A stretch of 64,000 nucleotides of DNA, from contig JAZDNO010000027.1 of NCBI GenBank assembly GCA_043799545.1, positions 1-64,000 on the forward strand, read 5' to 3'. This document shows positions 57,212-64,000 of this stretch, piece after piece. A program made the position numbers and the translations under genes. The notes under the pieces were generated by a model. That model saw nothing but the letters and a program-made list of their open reading frames with translations, searched no databases and was not told the origin of the DNA. Origin of the DNA: Methanobacteriota archaeon (GTDB lineage: Archaea > Thermoplasmatota > Thermoplasmata > SG8-5 > DAIRED01). Within the stretch, counting starts at the first letter, position 1. The number at the start of each line of letters is the position of its first letter.

Positions 57212-57859
57212 CTATCGGCTCCTCTCAGCCTTCGCTTCCCTAATCCTCGTCTCGAACTCGCGCACGCTCGCCGCCACGTCGCCCGGGCCCACGGTGGCTG
57301 AGATCGCGCAGACCGAATCCGCCCCGGCCAGCACAACCTCGCGCACGTTTGCCAGGTTAATGCCGCCTATCGCGATTATCGGCAAATCCGTCGCGGCCCT
57401 GAAACTTGCAATGCCTTCAAGCCCGACCGGGCGCCCGATGTCCTTCTTGGTGCTCGTGAAGAAGACCGGGCTTGCGGCGATGTAGTCCGCCCCACCTTCC
57501 TCGGCCTTCGCCACATCCTGCGCCGTGCCGCACGAAACGCCGATTATGCCGTTCGGCAATATCTCCCTGGCCGCTGACAAAGGCTCGTCACACTGCCCGA
57601 GATGGACCCCGCTGGCTCCAACGGCAGCCGCTAGTTCCGGGTTGTCGTTAATTATCAGGTCGGCCCCGGAATCTTTGCAGATGCGCAGCAGCTCGCCCGC
57701 TTCCGCCAACACCTCCTCAAAAGGCTTGCTCTTCTCCCGGTATTGGACGACCCTCGCGCCTCCCCGGACGGCATCCTCCGAATCCTTAAGAAAGCCTTGC
57801 CTCGTCAGGTTTGAATCTGTGATGAAGTAAAACGCCCAATCGATCTTACGCCGCATCAA
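57212..57859 (-). CDS. thiE: Thiamine-phosphate synthase
   Basis: YFITD, VQYREK, LIIND, GVHLGQ-D, DYI--SPVF-TSTK, AIGGI. Confidence 0.95.
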   Translation of the reverse strand: MMRRKIDWAFYFITDSNLTRQGFLKDSEDAVRGGARVVQYREKSKPFEEVLAEAGELLRICKDSGADLIINDNPELAAAVGASGVHLGQCDEPLSAAREILPNGIIGVSCGTAQDVAKAEEGGADYIAASPVFFTSTKKDIGRPVGLEGIASFRAATDLPIIAIGGINLANVREVVLAGADSVCAISATVGPGDVAASVREFETRIREAKAERSR

Positions 57860-58688
57860 CTTTGGCTCCCTTGCGGACCTCGTCTGGCCCGATTGCCATG
57901 ATTGAGTCGAAGAGATTCTGCTTCATGCTCCCCGGCCCCCTTGCGTCTTTTGCGGCCGTCTCGCCTGCGATGCCGTAGACCGTCATCGCGAAAGCTGCGG
58001 CCAGAGTTCTGTCCGATTCGACGGCGGAGAATGCGCCGATGACAGACGCTGCCATGCACCCGGTGCCGACGACATCCCCCATTCTCGGGTGGCCGTTCAT
58101 CACCAGGAGCAGCCTTGACCCATCCGTGATGATGTCCTCGGCCCCTGTGACGACGACCGTGCATCCCTCGGCCTTGGCAAGCGCCCGCGCGTAGACCGCT
58201 GGATCCCCCTCCACGGAAATCGATTCGACGCCCTTGACCTCTGCCCTGGCGCCGGCGAGCGTGGCAATTTCCCCAGAATTTCCCTTGATTACGCCGATTT
58301 TCACTTCCGCCAGTATCTTCTTCGCGCTGTCCGTCCTCAGCCCGGTCGCGCCCGCGCCGACCGCGTCCAGTATCACCGGAGTCCCCTTTCGGTTTGCCTG
58401 TTTTCCGGCCTTAATCATGGAGCGGACGAGCGTTGGAGTGAGCGTGCCGATGTTGAGCACCAGTGCTCCGGCAATGCCGGTCATCTCCTCGACCTCTTCC
58501 TCGGCGTGGGCCATGACGGGCAGGGCGCCCAGCGACCGCGTGATGCTGGCGCAGTCGGAAATCGTGACCCAATTGGTGATGTGGTGGACTAGGGGCTTTT
58601 TGTGGCGAATCTGCAACAGTGCATCGGCGGCTTTGTCAGCGAAATCGGCGGTCACTTTCTCACCGCCTGGCAGTATTCGGCTATCCAT
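57846..58688 (-). CDS. thiM: Hydroxyethylthiazole kinase
   Basis: PLVHHITN-V, GALP-MA...E, NIGTL, LDAVG-GA, KGN-GEI, VTG--D, VGTGC. Confidence 0.95.
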   Translation of the reverse strand: MDSRILPGGEKVTADFADKAADALLQIRHKKPLVHHITNWVTISDCASITRSLGALPVMAHAEEEVEEMTGIAGALVLNIGTLTPTLVRSMIKAGKQANRKGTPVILDAVGAGATGLRTDSAKKILAEVKIGVIKGNSGEIATLAGARAEVKGVESISVEGDPAVYARALAKAEGCTVVVTGAEDIITDGSRLLLVMNGHPRMGDVVGTGCMAASVIGAFSAVESDRTLAAAFAMTVYGIAGETAAKDARGPGSMKQNLFDSIMAIGPDEVRKGAKVDAA

Positions 58689-58736
58689 AATAAAGCTTGC
58701 TGTGTCGGCAGGATGGTTCGGTCATACGGCAAGCCG

Positions 58737-59666
58737 CTACAGCTTCTTCAGCACGCCGTCAGCGGCCGCATAGGGGTCTATCTTCTTCTTCAGGATTCGC
58801 TCGACCAGCACCTCGAACTCCCCGGCGTCCATCTTCGATTCGATGTACTCCGCCAGGCGCTCTCTCAATAGCTCCCTGAACTCACGCTCCGTGCGGGCGC
58901 GCTCCTTGGCTCGCAACCTGCCCCCTTTTCCTAGATGGGCCCGGTGCCCGGCAATCTCCCCCGCCAGCTCGGCGACGCCTTTGCCGTCCTTCGCGACGGT
59001 CATCACAATCGGCGGGGTCCATTCGCGCCCCTCGGTGCCGAGCTCGAGCATCGCCTTCAGCTCCGCGACCGCCCGGTCCGCGCCCTCGCGGTCAGATTTG
59101 TTGACTGCGAAGATGTCGCCGATTTCAAGAATGCCGGCCTTGATGGCCTGGATGTCGTCCCCCATCCCTGGGACCTCGACTACGATTACGGTGTGGACGC
59201 TCTTGACTATGTCGACCTCGGCCTGGCCGGCGCCCACAGTCTCGACTATGACGACATCGCATCCGTAGGCGTCGAGGACCTTGACAGCGTCGGCCGTGCC
59301 CTTGGCGAGGCCGCCCATGCGCCCGCGCGTGCCCATGCTCCTGATGAAGACCCCCGGGTCTGTGCAGTGCTTCTGCATGCGGATGCGGTCGCCGAGTATC
59401 GCCCCGCCCGTGAAAGGGCTGGACGGGTCCACGGCGATTACGCCCACCTTCAGGCCCTTGAGGCGATACTCCCTGACGAGTGCGTCCACGAGCGTGCTCT
59501 TGCCAGAGCCGGGCGGGCCCGTGACGCCGACGACGTGCGCATTCCCCGTGTGCTTGTGAATCTCTGCGAGCGCCTTGCGGGTGGACGGGTCCTCGTCCTC
59601 TATCCAGGAGATGAGCCTCGCGGCCGCGCCAGCATCGCCGGCCACCAGCCTTTCAACTATCTCCAT
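58737..59666 (-). CDS. meaB: Methylmalonyl-CoA mutase-associated GTPase MeaB
   Basis: [50 protein letters not shown]. Confidence 0.95.
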   Translation of the reverse strand: MEIVERLVAGDAGAAARLISWIEDEDPSTRKALAEIHKHTGNAHVVGVTGPPGSGKSTLVDALVREYRLKGLKVGVIAVDPSSPFTGGAILGDRIRMQKHCTDPGVFIRSMGTRGRMGGLAKGTADAVKVLDAYGCDVVIVETVGAGQAEVDIVKSVHTVIVVEVPGMGDDIQAIKAGILEIGDIFAVNKSDREGADRAVAELKAMLELGTEGREWTPPIVMTVAKDGKGVAELAGEIAGHRAHLGKGGRLRAKERARTEREFRELLRERLAEYIESKMDAGEFEVLVERILKKKIDPYAAADGVLKKL

Positions 59667-60075
59667 GTCCCCGCTTCCTCACGGCTTTCTTGTGAAAATC
59701 CACTATGTCCTGCAGCGGCGTGCCAGGCCCGAAGACCGCCTTGATGCCGGCCTTCTTCAGCTTTGGCACGTCCTCCTCAGGGATTATGCCCCCGCCGGAT
59801 ACTGCGATGTCCTTCGCCCCCTTCTCGCGCAGAAGCTCCACCACCTTCGGGAAAAGGGTCATGTGAGCTCCGGAGAGGCAGCTCAACCCGACGGCGTCGA
59901 CGTCCTCCTGTATCGCCGCGCTGGCTATCTGCTCCGGCGTCTGGTGGAGCCCAGTGTACACAACCTCGAAGCCCGCGTCCCTCAGCGCCCTCGCGACCAC
60001 CTTGGCCCCCCGGTCGTGGCCGTCGAGGCCCGGCTTGGCGATGAGAACTCGAATTTTACGCGCCATTTTGTTCAC
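59653..60075 (-). CDS. Cobalamin-binding small subunit of an acyl-CoA mutase (methylmalonyl-CoA mutase C-terminal domain)
   Basis: [11 protein letters not shown] (DxHxxG), SCLSGAH, GGGIIP, FGPGT. Confidence 0.95.
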   Translation of the reverse strand: MNKMARKIRVLIAKPGLDGHDRGAKVVARALRDAGFEVVYTGLHQTPEQIASAAIQEDVDAVGLSCLSGAHMTLFPKVVELLREKGAKDIAVSGGGIIPEEDVPKLKKAGIKAVFGPGTPLQDIVDFHKKAVRKRGHGDS

Positions 60076-60187
60076 TCTTGGCGAGAGGATTGCGCCGGGG
60101 GAGATAAAACCTTTGTGCTTGAGCCCTCACTTGTGAAGGAAAAGGCTTTATTCTCGAATCCTCTAGACCGCCCTGGAGAGTTGAGAC

Positions 60188-60898
60188 ATGACCAAATGCT
60201 CGAAGTGCGGTTCTGATATGACATTTTACGAACCGGCGAAGGACTGGTACTGCTACGGATGCAATGCGTACTCCCGTTACAACATTCCGTATGGAGTCCC
60301 GGTCGACTCCGTCTCGAAGCGCTCCATCCTTAGGGTCATGGCGCTCATCGTCGGGCTCCTCGGCATAATATCTATTTTGCTCTTCCTATTCGGGCTGGGC
60401 CAGATCAACCAGGCGATGATCCATTATGATTATGATTACTACTACGACGATTCTAACAGGGTTGAAGCCATGCTCAAGGGGACGATGAACATAGGGATCG
60501 CGACTGGGCTCCTTATCGTCTCCTACATTGGGATGCGGAGCACTCTATCAAAGAAATCGTGGTGGGAGAGGATGCACAAGTACGTGGACACCTCCGGCAA
60601 CGACCCATGGGCGAACGTGATGATTAAAAACCAGCTCGTTGAGATTTTCCAGGTCTACTACGGAGTTATTATAATGAGCGGTGTCGTATTTCTTGGCATT
60701 GGCATCTTTTTCCTCAACATGTTCGATACGGGCGGGCTATACGCCGTCGCAGGCTTGGAGGCCATGCTAGGGGCGTTTCTGATTCTGACAAGTTACATTG
60801 CGTACGGAAAGGAGATGGTGCGCCTATCTAGAGATGTATATCCCCTGCTCATGAGCCAGACGGAGCCTGCGCCATCCGAGACAAAATTTAAAAGTTAG
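60188..60898 (+). CDS. Hypothetical membrane protein with an N-terminal Zn ribbon and 4 TM helices
   Basis: CSKCG...WYCYGC followed by four hydrophobic helices. Confidence 0.75.
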   Translation: MTKCSKCGSDMTFYEPAKDWYCYGCNAYSRYNIPYGVPVDSVSKRSILRVMALIVGLLGIISILLFLFGLGQINQAMIHYDYDYYYDDSNRVEAMLKGTMNIGIATGLLIVSYIGMRSTLSKKSWWERMHKYVDTSGNDPWANVMIKNQLVEIFQVYYGVIIMSGVVFLGIGIFFLNMFDTGGLYAVAGLEAMLGAFLILTSYIAYGKEMVRLSRDVYPLLMSQTEPAPSETKFKS

Positions 60899-60952
60899 TC
60901 GGCATATATTTATCCTAACCATGCTATCCCTCGGACGGGGTGCCTCTAGCCA

Positions 60953-62257
60953 ATGGCCGACAAGCGCGAGCGGTGGTTCTACTCGTACCTCCCGACGAAC
61001 ATGGCGGGCGGGTGCTTCGATTCGCTTTTGCCAATATTCGTCGTGCTGGCGCTGAACGGCTCGGTCGCGGATGTCTCGATGATTTCCGTCGGCGCTTCGG
61101 CCGCATCGGTGCCGGCGCTCATCTTCTGGGGCGCGGCGACGGACTCGTTCAAGTGGCGCAAGCACTTCCTCGTGGCGGGGTTCCTTGGAAGAACGATTGC
61201 ATACATCGCCATGGGGCTTTCGGTGGATGTTGGCCATCTGCTCTTTGCGAACATACTCATGGGCCTCCTCTCGGCGGCAAGCGGGCCAGCGATGACCATA
61301 CTCGTCTTCGAGATGTTCTCGAAGGACAAGTGGGCAGAAAAGACAGGCCTGTTCAACAAAATAGCTGGAGTGGGCTACATCGCCGGTATCGCCTTCGGGA
61401 CCGTATGGCTGGCGTTCGTGCCGCAGTGGATGGGCATCGCGGTGGCGCTGCGCGCCCTGTTCATAGTAAACGCGGTCATGGCGCTCGTCGGGGCCTGGCT
61501 GGCATTCACCCTCGTCATCGAGCCGGAGCAGAAGCATTCGAGGGACGATTTCCACGAGCATGTGGTCCAGCTCATGCGGTGGTCGGTCGAACGTACGAGG
61601 TACTTGCCGGGCAAGATGTTCAGGTGGTTCAGGCTGTCGCACGCCAGGGTCGCTTACAACCAAAAAGGCGACGGGCATTTCGGCAGCTTCCTCGCCTCGA
61701 CATTCATATACACCATAGGCGCGGTCTCGTTCTTCACAATAATGCCAGTATACCTGCTCAAAGAGGTCCATGTTGACAAAACGTATGTATTCGCGCTGAG
61801 CTTCATCCAGGTCTTGGCGTCGACCGTGCTGTTTTCCAGGTTCGGTAAAATACTGGACCGGGTGGATAAGACGAAGGCCTTGCTCTACGCCAAGCTTTCC
61901 CGGTTGGGGCTGTTCGTCTCGTACGCCGTGGCAGCCCCCATCGCGATATGGAATCCATTGGCCGCAATCACCGTACTGATTGTCATTCACCTGCTCTTGG
62001 GCGTGTCGTGGGCGGTCATAGGCGACACGCAACTGCCCATAGCGGTCGGCTCGGGGCCGGATGAGAACAAGGGCGCACTGGCGGGGACTTTCAACGCGAC
62101 GGTCGGGCTGGGAGCCATCGCAGGCGGGGCTTTCGGAGGCATAGTTGCCACGATTCTGGGCTTCGAGCTTTCGATAATTGCAAGCGCGGCGCTGGTTGGA
62201 CTGAGCGCCGCTGTGCTATATGCTACCATGCCAGAAAATAAATCCCCGGCCGCGTAA
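60953..62257 (+). CDS. MFS transporter
   Basis: 12-TM pattern, WG-ATD---RK motif A, FGKILDR, G-FNA---LG-I-G. Confidence 0.88.
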   Translation: MADKRERWFYSYLPTNMAGGCFDSLLPIFVVLALNGSVADVSMISVGASAASVPALIFWGAATDSFKWRKHFLVAGFLGRTIAYIAMGLSVDVGHLLFANILMGLLSAASGPAMTILVFEMFSKDKWAEKTGLFNKIAGVGYIAGIAFGTVWLAFVPQWMGIAVALRALFIVNAVMALVGAWLAFTLVIEPEQKHSRDDFHEHVVQLMRWSVERTRYLPGKMFRWFRLSHARVAYNQKGDGHFGSFLASTFIYTIGAVSFFTIMPVYLLKEVHVDKTYVFALSFIQVLASTVLFSRFGKILDRVDKTKALLYAKLSRLGLFVSYAVAAPIAIWNPLAAITVLIVIHLLLGVSWAVIGDTQLPIAVGSGPDENKGALAGTFNATVGLGAIAGGAFGGIVATILGFELSIIASAALVGLSAAVLYATMPENKSPAA

Positions 62258-62263
62258 AACTTC

Positions 62264-63391
62264 TCACTTCTTGTTCAATTCGTCTTTCGTCAAAGCCTCT
62301 TTGTCCGGGGACTTTGGCATGAGGCCTTTTGACCGAACGTAGGCGAACACGAAATATGTGGCGATCACAGTCGAAGCCACGATGACGAAAATGATGACCT
62401 CCCAGGGCAGCAGGTCTGCGACCTTTCCGATTCCGAAGATTGTGGCGAGCGTGTTGGGCACCGCCACGGCGGTTGCCGCCACGGCCAGCCATCCCGCCAG
62501 GAGAGCCAGCTTGTTGTTCAGCAGCTGCAGCTGGTTGTTGTAAATCTGGAGCTGGTTGTTGTAAATAGTCTGCAAGACCCCCAGGCCCGATGCAAGGACC
62601 TCGGAGACGTGCTCCCCCAGCGCGAGGTTGCGGTTCACGTCCTCGACCAGTATGCTCATCTTGTCCAGAATTTTCGGGTTGTCGGTGATGACGTCGGCGT
62701 CCCCGTAGCGGAGCGAGTGGAGGACGTCCAGCGACGCCCACAGGGCGCCGAGGTAATCGACGAGCGCCTGCTTGATGTTGTGCATCTTCTCGCCCAGCTC
62801 GTCGGCCCTGCCCTGGGTGTCCACGAGATACTGGCTGAAGCGCTCCCCCTCCTCCTCTATCGCGCGGAGCCCGTCGAAGTTCTTCTCGTTGTTCTCGTCG
62901 AGAATCCGGATGAGCATTATCGTCAAGCGGTCCGTGACGGTCTGGCTCTCCTTGAACTTCTTCATCATGCCTTCGGCGTACCTGGAAAACCGCACGAAGC
63001 GCTTGACCTCGCACGGGTGGATTGTGAGTATCAGGTTCTTGCGGACAAACACCAGCAACGGAAAGAGCTTCACCTCCCAGCCGGTCACGCGGACAGCGGG
63101 AAGGAGCATGCCCAGCTCCGAGTCCTGGTCCAGGTACTCTGATTTGCCGGCCTCGAGTATCTTGTCGACGAGCTCCCTGGGGAAACCGAATCCCACGGCA
63201 ATCTCCGGCGCCGTCGCCTTGACATCGGTCAGAGTGACGTTGACCCAGGTGACGTTGGATTTCTCAACGACCACCCTGCAATCCTTAAGCTGCGCGATGT
63301 CGTAGGTCTGCCTTGCGACCGCCCCGCCTGGAAAGACCGAGATGCAGGCGATGTTCTTCTCGCCGTTTGCGACCGGCTCGCAGGAGTTCAT
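62264..63391 (-). CDS. CorA/ZntB-family divalent cation transporter, divergent
   Basis: Funnel domain with LILTIH and ILDEN, long stalk helix, two C-terminal TM helices (VPNTLATIFG...PW); GMN motif absent. Confidence 0.8.
   Translation of the reverse strand: MNSCEPVANGEKNIACISVFPGGAVARQTYDIAQLKDCRVVVEKSNVTWVNVTLTDVKATAPEIAVGFGFPRELVDKILEAGKSEYLDQDSELGMLLPAVRVTGWEVKLFPLLVFVRKNLILTIHPCEVKRFVRFSRYAEGMMKKFKESQTVTDRLTIMLIRILDENNEKNFDGLRAIEEEGERFSQYLVDTQGRADELGEKMHNIKQALVDYLGALWASLDVLHSLRYGDADVITDNPKILDKMSILVEDVNRNLALGEHVSEVLASGLGVLQTIYNNQLQIYNNQLQLLNNKLALLAGWLAVAATAVAVPNTLATIFGIGKVADLLPWEVIIFVIVASTVIATYFVFAYVRSKGLMPKSPDKEALTKDELNKK
62529..62566. repeat. In-frame 21-nt-period duplication in the CorA stalk (YNNQLQIYNNQLQL)
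   Basis: agctggttgttgtaaat at 62529-62545 and 62550-62566. Confidence 0.9.
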
Positions 63392-63433
63392 CGCGCCCGC
63401 ATCAACTAGACTCTATAAATAATGGTCAGATGC

Positions 63434-64000
63434 TCACAGCACCCGGCTGCGCGGCGCGATGTATCCAGACACCAGCGCCCCCGGTCCGACGTAGCTCTCC
63501 TCCCCTATTATCGACCCCACATCGAACGAGGCGTTTATTCCAGTCTTGACGTCGTCGCCCATTATCACGCCGAGCTTTCGGAGCCCGGTGTCGACCCTCT
63601 CGCCTTTCAAAGTGACCTTGATGTTCGACCCGTCGAGCCTCAGGTTCGCCACCTTCGTGCCGGCCCCAAGGTTGCACCGATGGCCTATGACGCTGTCCCC
63701 AACGTAGTTCAGGTGAGGCACGTGGCTGCCGGCCATGACTATCGTGTTCTTCACCTCGCAGCCGTTGCCGACCTTGCAGCCGTCGCCGACGTAGGTGCTC
63801 GGCCGGATGAAGCAGTTCGGCCCTATGTCGCATCCTTCGCCGATTATGACCGGCCCGAGTATGTAGGCCCCGTTCCTCACGACCGAGCCCTTGCCCACCG
63901 ACACCGGGCCCTTGAGGGTCGCGCGCTCCTCGACATCGCCCTCGACCTTCGGGACCATGCCCTTCATCAGGATGTGGTTGGCCCTCAGCAGGTCCCACGG
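63434..64000 (-). CDS. C-terminal part (partial) of an archaeal GlmU-like bifunctional sugar-1-phosphate nucleotidylyl/acetyltransferase
   Basis: Hexapeptide left-handed beta-helix, GPNCFIRP, HLNYVGDS, GAGT--ANLR, KLG-I-GD; runs off the window edge. Confidence 0.9.
   Translation of the reverse strand, partial: PWDLLRANHILMKGMVPKVEGDVEERATLKGPVSVGKGSVVRNGAYILGPVIIGEGCDIGPNCFIRPSTYVGDGCKVGNGCEVKNTIVMAGSHVPHLNYVGDSVIGHRCNLGAGTKVANLRLDGSNIKVTLKGERVDTGLRKLGVIMGDDVKTGINASFDVGSIIGEESYVGPGALVSGYIAPRSRVL

Noticed and set aside
58689-58736. Possible TPP riboswitch upstream of thiM
   Set aside because: Only 48 nt of intergenic space and no CTGAGA or other TPP-aptamer core.
60076-60187. Possible cobalamin riboswitch upstream of the B12-binding gene
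   Set aside because: Too short and lacks B12-box motifs; only a loose gaggatt/aatcctc inverted pair.

Overview
A 64-kb, GC-rich (roughly 60-65% by eye) chromosomal segment of an archaeon. It most likely belongs to Thermoplasmata, based on a stand-alone 16S rRNA gene with no 23S linked, bacterial-type transketolase and transaldolase, and a C25 peptidase; no methanogenesis genes are present. Housekeeping genes: rpl18e-rpl13-rps9-rpoN-tRNA-Pro(GGG), rpl44e-rps27e-eIF2alpha-nop10-PAC2, ileS, adk, glnA, tdh-kbl, transketolase/transaldolase, a 2-oxoacid:ferredoxin oxidoreductase, hypF, thiM-thiE and meaB with a B12-binding subunit. Accessory genes: three ABC exporters, two MFS transporters, several GNATs, a 2146-aa gingipain-like secreted peptidase, a thrombospondin type-3 repeat surface protein and a GT-C membrane glycosyltransferase. 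No CRISPR array, transposase or integrase is visible. The strongest candidates for something undescribed are: (1) a divergent tubulin/FtsZ-superfamily GTPase (37875-39425) with an FtsZ-like T1 loop but tubulin-like T4 and T5 loops; (2) a 1.4-kb AAA-ATPase/HTH/nuclease-fold cassette bounded by a 27-bp duplication of the transaldolase 3' end, which gives both proteins the tail LKDWEKVPK, and preceded by two CAACG-N6-CGTTG palindromes; (3) a tRNA-like element and ~94-bp-periodic copies of the tRNA 3' end after tRNA-Pro; (4) a PIN-GNAT fusion; (5) a CorA homologue lacking the GMN motif and carrying a heptad duplication; (6) a 16S gene with mismatches to common archaeal primers. All protein calls rest on motif recognition by eye; no database searches were run.
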